Shown here piece after piece: positions 37,766 through 47,068 of a stretch of DNA of 64,000 nt. Both the position numbers and the translations under genes were made by a program. A model generated the notes under the pieces. The model did no database searches. It was not told where the DNA came from and saw only the letters and a program-made list of their open reading frames with translations. Location: assembly GCA_017510245.1 (NCBI GenBank), contig JAFWNQ010000004.1:4726-68725 (forward strand), in the 5' to 3' direction. Every line of letters starts with the position of its first letter. The stretch's first letter is position 1. Origin of the DNA: Clostridia bacterium. GTDB lineage: Bacteria; Bacillota; Clostridia; TANB77; CAG-508.

Positions 37766-39415
37766 ATGCAAGAGAGCTTAGGAATATACATTTCTGATAA
37801 ACTAATTAAATATGCAAAAGTCGAAAAAAACAATAATAATGAGTTTAAAGTAAATTCAAATGGGATTAAATTCTATGACAACTTAGAATTACAGAATACG
37901 GTTAAACAAGTTATTGAAGAGACTAATAGCTCAAAAATACCAATTAGCATAAATATTTCTAATGAAAAATATTATTATTTTAATTTTTTCAGTTTAACAA
38001 ACAAGAATTATGTAAAAAAAGCAATTGAAACAGAATTTGAGTCTTTTTGTGCTGACAATCACTTAAACAGAAATGCACTAGAAGGCAGATATATATATTC
38101 AAAGGATGAAACTAATAGTGATAAGAATAAAGTTATTTATGTTTATGAGAGCAAGGGAGATTTGGATGAAAGAGCAAAAGCTTTTAAAGGATACAATTTG
38201 ACAACAGCAGTTCCAACAACTGCAGCTTTATACAATATAATAAAACCTGAAAAGAATAAAAATGTAATGATTGTAGATTTAAACGAAAATACAACTATTA
38301 CAACAATTATTAATCAGGAAATATATAATGTTGATACTATAGAAGAAGGATTAAAAGAAGCTTTTGATTCGATAAATGAAAAAGAAAACTCATATTTAAA
38401 AACATATGATGTACTAAAAAATACTACAATTTATACAATGGAAATGCAACAAAATACACCATTTGATGTTAATAGTCAATATTTACAAATAATTGTACCA
38501 TCATTATATAAAATAGCTCAAGAAATTGAGAATATAATGAAGAACTATAAAAAAATAGATCAAATTTATTTAACTGGAATTGGTACGACTATAAATAATA
38601 TTGATTTATATTTTCAGGAATTTATTAAAGAAGCAAAAATTGAAATCTTAAAACCTTTTTTTGCAGAAGGAGACACGTCTATAAATATGAAAGATTATAT
38701 AGAGGTTAATTCTGCAATAGCACTTGCTATACAAGGATTGGGATTTGGAGCAAAAACTTTAAATTTTGCTGGTGGCAATGGTGGTGATAAGTTCAAATCA
38801 CTATTAACTATGGACATAAAGGATATTAAATTATCTAAAGGAAGTATGTCAGCTCCAAAAATTGATTTTGGAAGTTTTGGAGATGCAATTTCTGGAATAA
38901 CCAATAGTGCCACAGCAGTACTTGTATTTATGATTATTGCATATTGTGTTTGTACATCTTTATTGAATAATGAACTTGAAAAAAAGAAAGCAGAAGCTAG
39001 AGATGTAACAGCAGATACAAAATCTCAAATAACTCAGGCAACACAGACAGACTCAAAAGTTACACAAAGAACAACAGATTATATAAAATATAAAACAAAC
39101 TTAGAAAACATTAATTCTGCAATAGAAACAAAAAGAAGCAGAAAGAATCAAATTCCTAATTTGTTAAATAAGATTATTTATACAATTCCAAAAGAAGTTC
39201 AATTGACTGAGATAAAAAATACTGAAAACAATGATGGTAAAGATACAGTACAACACATAATAATATATGCACAATCAAAAAAGTATGAACAGCTTGCATA
39301 CTTTAAAGCAAGATTAAAAAATGCAAATATTTTAGATGACATAGTTTCAACAGAAGGTACAAAAGATGGAGAAACAGTCAAAGTAGTAATTGAAGGTGAT
39401 TTGAGAAACTACTAA
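37766..39415 (+). CDS. pilM: Type IV pilus assembly protein PilM fused to a PilN-like TM and periplasmic segment
   Basis: Actin-like N-terminus (LGIYISDKLIKYAKVE; LTGIGTTINNIDLYF), then TM (AVLVFMIIAYCVCTSLL), coiled coil and a PilN-like tail. Confidence 0.75.
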   Translation: MQESLGIYISDKLIKYAKVEKNNNNEFKVNSNGIKFYDNLELQNTVKQVIEETNSSKIPISINISNEKYYYFNFFSLTNKNYVKKAIETEFESFCADNHLNRNALEGRYIYSKDETNSDKNKVIYVYESKGDLDERAKAFKGYNLTTAVPTTAALYNIIKPEKNKNVMIVDLNENTTITTIINQEIYNVDTIEEGLKEAFDSINEKENSYLKTYDVLKNTTIYTMEMQQNTPFDVNSQYLQIIVPSLYKIAQEIENIMKNYKKIDQIYLTGIGTTINNIDLYFQEFIKEAKIEILKPFFAEGDTSINMKDYIEVNSAIALAIQGLGFGAKTLNFAGGNGGDKFKSLLTMDIKDIKLSKGSMSAPKIDFGSFGDAISGITNSATAVLVFMIIAYCVCTSLLNNELEKKKAEARDVTADTKSQITQATQTDSKVTQRTTDYIKYKTNLENINSAIETKRSRKNQIPNLLNKIIYTIPKEVQLTEIKNTENNDGKDTVQHIIIYAQSKKYEQLAYFKARLKNANILDDIVSTEGTKDGETVKVVIEGDLRNY

Positions 39416-39434
39416 TTTTAGAAAGGGGAGTGCG

Positions 39435-40208
39435 ATGAAAAGAATATTATTTGTAATATTAGATTTTCTTTTACTTGTAATATTTTGTTTGTTCATATTC
39501 AAAGGTGTTCAATTTGGAAAATATCGCATTCTTAGTTTCCAAGGAATAGCAGATTCAAATCAAGAACTAACACAAGCAATATCAGAAGCTGAACAAGAAA
39601 ACGAAAAATACAACCAACAACTAGAAACAATAGATAAAGATGTAAAACAACTTACAAAAGCGAAAAAAGAATACTTAGATTTGATGACAGTAAGTACAGA
39701 TAGTGAAATACAAGAGGCATTACAAACAAAAACATATTCAATTGAGTATTTATGGAGTCAGGTTGGAAATTATGCTACAAAAGAAGGTGTAAAAACTAAA
39801 ATGGAATTATCATCATCAAGTTTAGGTGACAATGAATACAGAAATTTGAATTTTACAATAACAGGCAACTATTTGGCGATTACAAATTTTATTTCTGACA
39901 TTGAAAATGATTCAAACCTAGACTTTACAATTGATAATTTTGATATGACAGGTAGTGGCGGAACTGAAGGTTCTACTCAAGAAACTTGCACATTCGTTGT
40001 TAGAGATGTGAAAATTAAGAAAGAAAATACAACAGTATCAAATGAGTCATCACAATCGAGAAATAATTCACAACAAAATGAAAGAAATGGTAATAATACA
40101 GAAAATAATAATGAAAACAGAGAAAACAACAATGACAGTAGTAACTCTAATAGCGCTAATAGTCAAAATGAAACTCAAAAAAACAATGAACAAAATACAA
40201 ATTCATAA
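39435..40208 (+). CDS. pilO: PilO-like pilus assembly protein with an Asn-rich C-terminal tail
   Basis: N-terminal TM, coiled coil, ferredoxin-like region, position after pilMN. Confidence 0.6.
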   Translation: MKRILFVILDFLLLVIFCLFIFKGVQFGKYRILSFQGIADSNQELTQAISEAEQENEKYNQQLETIDKDVKQLTKAKKEYLDLMTVSTDSEIQEALQTKTYSIEYLWSQVGNYATKEGVKTKMELSSSSLGDNEYRNLNFTITGNYLAITNFISDIENDSNLDFTIDNFDMTGSGGTEGSTQETCTFVVRDVKIKKENTTVSNESSQSRNNSQQNERNGNNTENNNENRENNNDSSNSNSANSQNETQKNNEQNTNS

Positions 40209-40220
40209 AGGAGTATTTAT

Positions 40221-40646
40221 ATGCAAAAGGGAGTTTTTAAACAAATACTTATAGTTATACTTGCATGTATAGCAATTATGTTGGCAATGGCATTGGTTTT
40301 TTATCAATATATTCCAAGCAACAAGGTTATGCCATCAAAGGTAACAGCATATGCTATGCCAGACAGTATAAAGGCAGAAATTGAAGAAGACGCTGGACAA
40401 GATTTAACAGAACAGGTTGAGACTTATGAAATCACAGATAGTGACTTAGACATGTACAGAAGTGCTAAGAGCTATAATCCAGGAAAATCAGATCCATTCT
40501 CTAGTTATACTGAGAGTGAAAATAGTATAGAAAGTTCTAATGCAACTGCTCCACCATCAGCAGGAAGTAGTACTACTAATACAGTAGATAGAAATACAAC
40601 AGACAACTATTATACTGCAGCAAATGTGAGCAGAGCAACAAAATAA
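40221..40646 (+). CDS. Pilus-locus accessory membrane protein (PilP-like?)
   Basis: N-terminal TM after MQKG. PGKSDPF resembles the (R/N)DPF motif of PilP-type proteins. Disordered Ser/Thr/Asn-rich tail. Confidence 0.4.
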   Translation: MQKGVFKQILIVILACIAIMLAMALVFYQYIPSNKVMPSKVTAYAMPDSIKAEIEEDAGQDLTEQVETYEITDSDLDMYRSAKSYNPGKSDPFSSYTESENSIESSNATAPPSAGSSTTNTVDRNTTDNYYTAANVSRATK

Positions 40647-40706
40647 TTAATTCGGTTATATTTATAATTTAAATATATACAAAAATAATATAAGGAGGTA
40701 ATCATA

Positions 40707-40931
40707 ATGAGAGAGGAAAAAGGTATTACATTAGTAGCTTTAGTTGTAACAATCATAGTATTATTAATATTAGCAGGTGTTACAATCTCATTAGCATTAA
40801 GTTCTAATGGAATTATAGGAAGAGCTAAACAGGCTGAAAATACCTGGGCAAAAGGTAGTGAAAATGAACAATTAGCTATGAATGAAGGTATTAATAACAT
40901 AGAAAAAACTATACAAGATTATGTTAATTAA
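40707..40931 (+). CDS. pilA: Short prepilin-like protein (74 aa), putative major pilin
   Basis: MREEKG|ITLVALVVTIIVLLILAGV is a class III signal-peptide-like N-terminus. AAGGAGG RBS. Sits directly upstream of pilD. Confidence 0.7.
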   Translation: MREEKGITLVALVVTIIVLLILAGVTISLALSSNGIIGRAKQAENTWAKGSENEQLAMNEGINNIEKTIQDYVN

Positions 40932-41030
40932 TCACTAAAAAAATATGTACAAGCCTAAATATGGGTTACCTAAACTAATCTGATTGGGTAACCCTATTTT
41001 CAAATTATGATTTTTGGAAAGGATGAAAAA

Positions 41031-41849
41031 ATGAACACTATATTTTTTATAATACTATTTATTATGGGAACACTATTTGGTAGCTTCTTAACTTTAGCAA
41101 CATATAGAATTCCACTTAACAAAGATATAACTCATGAACATTCTTTCTGTCCAAATTGTAACCATAAATTAGAATTTATGGACTTGATACCTGTACTTAG
41201 CTATCTTTGCTTAGGTGGAAAGTGTAGGTATTGTAAAAAGAAGATTAGCCCAAGATATATAACTATTGAACTATTAACAGGATTATGTTTTATTGGAATA
41301 GCATATGCTCTTGAAATGAGTGTCTATATGATAAATGCTGTTCAAATAATTGAATATGCCATTGCTATATTATATTTGATATTTTTATTTTTAATAGCAG
41401 GAATTGATGCTGAAAACAAAAAAATTGACAAAAGAGTTCTTATATATGGAATTACTGTAGCTTGTATTAATATAATATATCAATATATTTATAATATACA
41501 AAACGGATATAAATACAATTTAAATAGAGTAATTATATATTTGTTTTTAACAATAATTCTAATATTAGTGGACTTAAGTACAATAAAGAAAACAAATAAG
41601 TATGACTATATGTTTGATTTACTTATACTTACTATTATAATGTGTTTATTTACTTATGAAATAACAACTATTATGAGTATTGCTTGTTGCATTTTGATTA
41701 TAGGATTTATAGTTATTATCAATAAACTATTTAACAAAAATAAAAAAAGAAAAAAGAATAGAACTAAATTTCCTATTGCATTTTATTTGGTTACTTCAAA
41801 TATTATTATGTTCATAATATCATATTTATATATGACTTATGTATTTTAA
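41031..41849 (+). CDS. pilD: Prepilin peptidase (A24 family), divergent
   Basis: GSFLTLATYRIP, CPNC...CRYC zinc-binding region, IAGIDAENKKID first-Asp block. Start set to ATG 41031. Confidence 0.8.
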   Translation: MNTIFFIILFIMGTLFGSFLTLATYRIPLNKDITHEHSFCPNCNHKLEFMDLIPVLSYLCLGGKCRYCKKKISPRYITIELLTGLCFIGIAYALEMSVYMINAVQIIEYAIAILYLIFLFLIAGIDAENKKIDKRVLIYGITVACINIIYQYIYNIQNGYKYNLNRVIIYLFLTIILILVDLSTIKKTNKYDYMFDLLILTIIMCLFTYEITTIMSIACCILIIGFIVIINKLFNKNKKRKKNRTKFPIAFYLVTSNIIMFIISYLYMTYVF

Positions 41850-41880
41850 ACAATCAGGTATGATAGAAAGGAACTAAAAT

Positions 41881-42288
41881 ATGAAAATTAATAAAGAAAA
41901 AGGAATTGCAAATGTTGATTATGTAGTTGCGTTGATTGTTTTTTTATTGGGAAGTGTAGCCGTTTTAGGATTATATTTAAATGTTTATAAAACAATGTCA
42001 AAAATAAAAATTGACGAGACTATTATTGGGTATATGACTGAAATATGTGAAACTATTGATTTAGAAAACTATGAAACAGTTGATAGCAAAGATAAAGTTC
42101 AAGCTCTTGTAGATAGTGTAGCGATTCCAAATCAGTATAAAGTTGAGTGTTCTAGTGTTGATAAGTATAATAATGCAAGAGAAGGCGAAGAGCAAGATAT
42201 CATTGAAAAAATAAACTTTCGAATAAGCTATAAAATAGATGATATGCAGAGAGAATATATACTATCAAAGGTAAAGGTAAAAGAATAA
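41881..42288 (+). CDS. Prepilin-like minor pilin
   Basis: MKINKEKG|IANVDYVVALIVFLLGSVAV, with Asp at +5. Confidence 0.55.
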   Translation: MKINKEKGIANVDYVVALIVFLLGSVAVLGLYLNVYKTMSKIKIDETIIGYMTEICETIDLENYETVDSKDKVQALVDSVAIPNQYKVECSSVDKYNNAREGEEQDIIEKINFRISYKIDDMQREYILSKVKVKE

Positions 42289-42326
42289 GGAGGAAAACTC
42301 AAATCTTATTTGAGCATTATGATGTA

Positions 42327-42809
42327 ATGAAATGTGAAAAAGGTATAACATTAGCTGCACTAATTATATATGTAATAATGTTTTCACTTATATTGGGTGT
42401 ATTAGTATCACTATCTAACTATATATATGATAGAATGCAATATGTAAGTAGTGACAGCTATAGCTCAGAGGAATTTAATAAGTTTAATATTAGCTTTATC
42501 AAAGACATTAAACAAAGTACAGATGCAAGAATTGAACCTCCAGAGTATGATTCAACAGGAAAATCAGATGTAACTATAATACTATCAAATGGAGTAAATT
42601 ATAATTATATTAGCAATGAACATGCTATATATAGAAATAAAGTAAAAATTGCAGAAAAGATTTCTGTTTTTTCGGCAGAAAAAATGGAAGTAAACAAAAA
42701 TGTTAAAAAGAATGTAATTAGAATAATGATTGGTACAGGAAGAGATAATGCTGGTAAAAATGATGTAAACTTTGGAAAAACAATAAAGTATGTCTTAAAA
42801 TACTGGTAA
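42327..42809 (+). CDS. Prepilin-like minor pilin
   Basis: MKCEKG|ITLAALIIYVIMFSLILGV. The only SD (AAGGAGG) is about 34 nt upstream, with a CTCAAAT-ctt-ATTTGAG hairpin in between. Confidence 0.55.
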   Translation: MKCEKGITLAALIIYVIMFSLILGVLVSLSNYIYDRMQYVSSDSYSSEEFNKFNISFIKDIKQSTDARIEPPEYDSTGKSDVTIILSNGVNYNYISNEHAIYRNKVKIAEKISVFSAEKMEVNKNVKKNVIRIMIGTGRDNAGKNDVNFGKTIKYVLKYW

Positions 42810-42829
42810 AGTCTGAAAGGAGAATAAAT

Positions 42830-44452
42830 ATGGCTGCTAATAGACAACCACTTGGAATAGAGCTTGTAAGAAGAGGGATTGTAAAAGAAGAAGATATTTC
42901 AAGAGCACTACAAATTCAAAGAGAACATCCAGGTGAGAAATTAGGAAATATCTTAAATAGTATGAATGTGACTGATTCTGATAGATTATTAAAGGCTATA
43001 GGTGAAATACTTAATGAAAAGACAATACTACTTACTTATGATGATATTAAGGTAAAAGTTGACGACTATATTTCAATGGATTCAGTTAGAAACAATTTGG
43101 CTATACCATTTGAAGTTGGAGGAGGCATGGTAAAAGTTTGTTTTGCTGATGTTTCGAACCCATCTCAAATTGAATCTGTAAGACTGCTATTGCTTAATAG
43201 AGGATTGGTAATGGACAGATACATTACCTACAAAAGTAATATTGAGGCAGTAATAAATTATATTGATAATAGCGGTACAGGAATTAATTTAGACTCTAAT
43301 GTAACAACTTTAGTTGATGATATTATAAGGCAAGGGATGAAAAGAAGAGCCAGCGATATTCATATAGAACCACTTGAAGATAGTGTAAGAGTAAGATATA
43401 GAATTGATGGTATAATGGTGGATGTTGCTAAAATTGATAAGGAAAAACAAAATCAAATTGTAGGTAGATTAAAATCTATTTCAAATATGCACCAAGAGCG
43501 CCAGGAACCACAAGATGGTAGAATTATTTTGTATCCAGACTATAATATTCGTTCTTCTTCTCAAAAAAATATACATGGTGAAAAATTTGTTTTAAGATTG
43601 CTAAAAAAGAATCAAACAATAAAAGGATTGATGGAACTAGGATTTCCAAATGATCCAAAACTAATAAATGATGCTTTTAACAAAAGAAACAGTATTACGA
43701 TTATTGCTGCTCCAACTGGAGAGGGAAAAACAACAACATTATATAGTGCAATTACTTTTTTAAATAGTCCTGAAATTAATATAACAACAATAGAAGACCC
43801 AGTTGAAATTAGAATTCCAGGATTAAATCAAATAGAGATAGATGCAAAAACATCATTTGCAGGTTCACTAAGAACTGTTTTAAGACAAGATCCTAATATA
43901 ATTCTTGTTGGAGAAATCAGAGACCAAGAAACAGCTGAAATAGCAATGCAAGCAGGACAAACTGGTCACTATGTATTATCAACAATTCATACATTGAATG
44001 CACTTGAAGTTATAACAAGACTTAGAAAGATGAACATTTCAGACTATGATATTTCAAGTACTGTTGCAACTACAATTTCACAAAGATTGGTAAGAAAATT
44101 ATGCCCAAAATGTAAAAGGCAGAGACCTTTTAATGATAAAGAGAAGGAAGTAATAAAAAAAATTGGAGAAAAATATAATATAAATTTTGATGTTGAGAAT
44201 CACGTAACATATGATGCTGTAGGATGTGAAGAATGTAATAACAGTGGATTCTTTGATAGAATTGCTTTATTTGAGGTATTAATATTTACGGATGAAATTA
44301 AAGATATGGTTATTAGAGGAGAATCAACATTAGCTATACGTGAACAAGCTTTTAAACAAGGATATAAACCTCTAGTTGTCGAGGGAATAAAAAGAGCTGT
44401 GGAAGGTGTTACAACAATGGATGAACTTAATAATAAACTATTATTTTATTAA
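42830..44452 (+). CDS. pilB: Type IV pilus assembly ATPase PilB (GspE family)
   Basis: T2SSE N-domain, Walker A APTGEGKTTT, Walker B ILVGEIRD, tetracysteine CPKC...CEEC. Confidence 0.9.
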   Translation: MAANRQPLGIELVRRGIVKEEDISRALQIQREHPGEKLGNILNSMNVTDSDRLLKAIGEILNEKTILLTYDDIKVKVDDYISMDSVRNNLAIPFEVGGGMVKVCFADVSNPSQIESVRLLLLNRGLVMDRYITYKSNIEAVINYIDNSGTGINLDSNVTTLVDDIIRQGMKRRASDIHIEPLEDSVRVRYRIDGIMVDVAKIDKEKQNQIVGRLKSISNMHQERQEPQDGRIILYPDYNIRSSSQKNIHGEKFVLRLLKKNQTIKGLMELGFPNDPKLINDAFNKRNSITIIAAPTGEGKTTTLYSAITFLNSPEINITTIEDPVEIRIPGLNQIEIDAKTSFAGSLRTVLRQDPNIILVGEIRDQETAEIAMQAGQTGHYVLSTIHTLNALEVITRLRKMNISDYDISSTVATTISQRLVRKLCPKCKRQRPFNDKEKEVIKKIGEKYNINFDVENHVTYDAVGCEECNNSGFFDRIALFEVLIFTDEIKDMVIRGESTLAIREQAFKQGYKPLVVEGIKRAVEGVTTMDELNNKLLFY

Positions 44453-44467
44453 TTAGTGGAGGCAAAT

Positions 44468-45631
44468 ATGATTAATGTTAATAATATATTAAAAGCTGCT
44501 AGAGATAGAGAGGCATCAGACATACATTTTATATGTGGACTAAAACCTATGTTAAGAATTAATAGAGATCTTACTAGTATGGAAGATGCAGAAGTGGTTT
44601 CTGAACAAGATATGTGGGATATATATGACTACTTTCTAAATGGAAGTGTAGAGAAAGATCAATTATTTAGAAAAGAAAAAATATTAGACTGTTCATCTGA
44701 ATTTGAAGATGTACGTCTTAGAGTAAATATTTCTTATTCAGATTCAGTTCCAGTAATTACAACAAGACTAATAAGAGAAAAACTACCTGCATACGAAGAT
44801 TTAGGTGTTCCAGATATAGTTAGAAGAATGACGAAACAACCACAAGGATTAATTCTAGTAACAGGAAAAACAAACTCTGGTAAGTCAACAACTCTAAATG
44901 CTTTAATAAACCACATAAACGAAACTGAAAACAGAAAAATATTAACCTTAGAGAGCCCTGTGGAATATAAGCATAAGTCTAAGAAATCAATTATTGTACA
45001 AAAAGAAGTTGGGGTTGGTGGAGATATGCCTAGTTATAGCATAGGAACTAAGAACTCACTAAGAGAGGACTGCGATATACTAATAATTGGAGAGATTAGA
45101 GATAAAGAAACAATGGAAGCAGCTATAGAAACAGCCGAGTCTGGACATTTAGTAATAGGAACACTTCATACCAAGTCTTGCGCAGAAACAATAGATAGAA
45201 TGATAAACTTCTACGAGGTTAGAGATCAAGCAACTGTAAAATTCTTAATAGCTTCATTATTAAAGCTTGTTATATCTCAAAGGCTTATTAAGAATAAAAG
45301 GGGAACTCTATCTTTAGTTCCTGAGGTTATGGTTGTTGATAATGTAATTGCAGGTATTATTAGAAAAGAAAAACTTGGAGTATCAGAGATAGAGGATGCA
45401 ATTCAAAGTTCATCTAATAATGGAAATATAGGATTAATAAATGCTCTTGCAAATCTATTTGTTAATGATATTATTACACTAGACCAAGCAAAAGCACAAA
45501 TAGAAGAAAAGAATATTGAAATACTAAATAGAACAATTATGCAATTAAAAATAAAAAAACAAGAAGAATCCCATGTTATTGATAATAACAATACACAAAC
45601 AAGTAATCCAGGAAATAATCCATTTATTTAA
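44468..45631 (+). CDS. pilT: Twitching-motility retraction ATPase PilT
   Basis: ASDIHF, GKTNSGKSTTL, IIGEIRD, HLVIGTLHT, AGIIRKEK (AIRNLIRE-like). Start set to ATG 44468 after GGAGG. Confidence 0.85.
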   Translation: MINVNNILKAARDREASDIHFICGLKPMLRINRDLTSMEDAEVVSEQDMWDIYDYFLNGSVEKDQLFRKEKILDCSSEFEDVRLRVNISYSDSVPVITTRLIREKLPAYEDLGVPDIVRRMTKQPQGLILVTGKTNSGKSTTLNALINHINETENRKILTLESPVEYKHKSKKSIIVQKEVGVGGDMPSYSIGTKNSLREDCDILIIGEIRDKETMEAAIETAESGHLVIGTLHTKSCAETIDRMINFYEVRDQATVKFLIASLLKLVISQRLIKNKRGTLSLVPEVMVVDNVIAGIIRKEKLGVSEIEDAIQSSSNNGNIGLINALANLFVNDIITLDQAKAQIEEKNIEILNRTIMQLKIKKQEESHVIDNNNTQTSNPGNNPFI

Positions 45632-45655
45632 AGTATTTAGAAAGGAGGCATACTT

Positions 45656-47005
45656 GTGCCAGTATATTCATATAAAGCAGTAGATGAAAATGGTATTATT
45701 GTAAAAAGTAAGATTCAAGAAAAGAGTAAACAAAATCTAGTAAAAAGACTAAAGGCTAATGGTTTGTTTCCAATAGATGTTACTCAAACAAGTTTTGGAA
45801 AGAATAACAAAGCAGCGAGAGTTGGAAACACAAACATGCAAGAGTTGATGAATATTGCCAGTGAAAATGATGTTGGAAAAAATAGGAGTAGAGGAAGAAA
45901 AAGGAGTCTGAAAGAAAGAATTAGCCTTGCTGTTTCAAGCAGACAATCTATCAAGACTAGAGATTTAGAGATTTTTACTCAAAATTTCTATTTACTAAAA
46001 AAAGCTGGATTTAATAACGTTCATGCCCTTTCAACAATGGTTGAATCAACAGAAAATGTTAGTTTAAAAGGTATACTAGAAGATATTTTATCAGGGGTTG
46101 AAGGTGGAGACTACATGTATGCTACTATGGAATACTATTCTGACATATTTCCTCCAATATATATTAATCTTATAAAAGTTGGAGAGCTTTCTGGTTCTTT
46201 AGATGAATCTCTTAAACAAGCAGTTAAATATCTTGAAGATTCAGCGAACCTAAAAAAGAAAATACAAGAAAAATTAGTTCCAAGTATTGCTGAATTCTTT
46301 GTACTATTGATTATTCTAGTTGCTGCAAGTGTATATTTAATACCTGTTATTCAAGATGTATTTGCGCAAGTAGGAAGTGTTGAGACATTACCACCTGTTA
46401 CACTATGGTTTTCTGCGACATTAACTAAAGTGCAAAAGTATTGGTATATTCCATTAATAATAATTGCTGCAATTACAGGTTATGTAATTATGAAAATTCA
46501 AGATCCAAAGGGTAGATATAAATTTGACTATTTTAAGTATACAATGCCTATATTTGGACAACTAATTTTTGCAATTGATTTTTCAAGACTTAGTAGTGCA
46601 ATGATGCTTAATTTGAAAAATGGAATGAGAATTCAAGAATCACTAGAAGTTAGTAAGAATGTTGTAAAAAACTATGTCATGTTATCTATAATAGAAGCAT
46701 CAATTAATAATATAATAGTTGGTGAATCATGGGTAAAACCTTTGGAAGATTCAGGACTTTCTGAAAGAATGATAACTGAAATGTTAAAGATAGGAATGCA
46801 GACAGATTTACCATCGATGATGGAGAAATTAGTTGAATATATGGAAATTGACATAGACAACTTAATTAGGAAGATTGAAAAAGTTTTACCTCAAATACTA
46901 TATGTAGTAGTAGGTGCTATGATTATATTCATTACCATTGTAGTTTTGGTACCTTGTATTCAAGTTTATATGGGTACGTTCTTATTCTCAGCAGCAGGAT
47001 TTTAA
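45656..47005 (+). CDS. pilC: Type IV pilus platform protein PilC (GspF family)
   Basis: Two GspF-like repeats with 3 TMs. GTG start after AAGGAGG. Confidence 0.85.
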   Translation: MPVYSYKAVDENGIIVKSKIQEKSKQNLVKRLKANGLFPIDVTQTSFGKNNKAARVGNTNMQELMNIASENDVGKNRSRGRKRSLKERISLAVSSRQSIKTRDLEIFTQNFYLLKKAGFNNVHALSTMVESTENVSLKGILEDILSGVEGGDYMYATMEYYSDIFPPIYINLIKVGELSGSLDESLKQAVKYLEDSANLKKKIQEKLVPSIAEFFVLLIILVAASVYLIPVIQDVFAQVGSVETLPPVTLWFSATLTKVQKYWYIPLIIIAAITGYVIMKIQDPKGRYKFDYFKYTMPIFGQLIFAIDFSRLSSAMMLNLKNGMRIQESLEVSKNVVKNYVMLSIIEASINNIIVGESWVKPLEDSGLSERMITEMLKIGMQTDLPSMMEKLVEYMEIDIDNLIRKIEKVLPQILYVVVGAMIIFITIVVLVPCIQVYMGTFLFSAAGF

Positions 47006-47023
47006 AAGTATTGAATTATAGAA

Positions 47024-47049
47024 GGACGACCTTTGGTCGTCCAGTTTTT
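47024..47049 (+). terminator. Rho-independent terminator after pilC
   Basis: GGACGACC-ttt-GGTCGTCC then AGTTTTTA. Confidence 0.75.
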
Positions 47050-47068
47050 ATAAAAGCGAGGAGAAAAA

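Noticed and set aside
39990-40208. Asn-rich low-complexity tails (PilO-like C-terminus here, and the N-terminal half of ORF 10357-11025) as possible functional repeats
   Set aside because: They are irregular, with no fixed period. They are best explained by AAT/AAC-rich drift in a very AT-rich genome, and I see no evidence of specific function.
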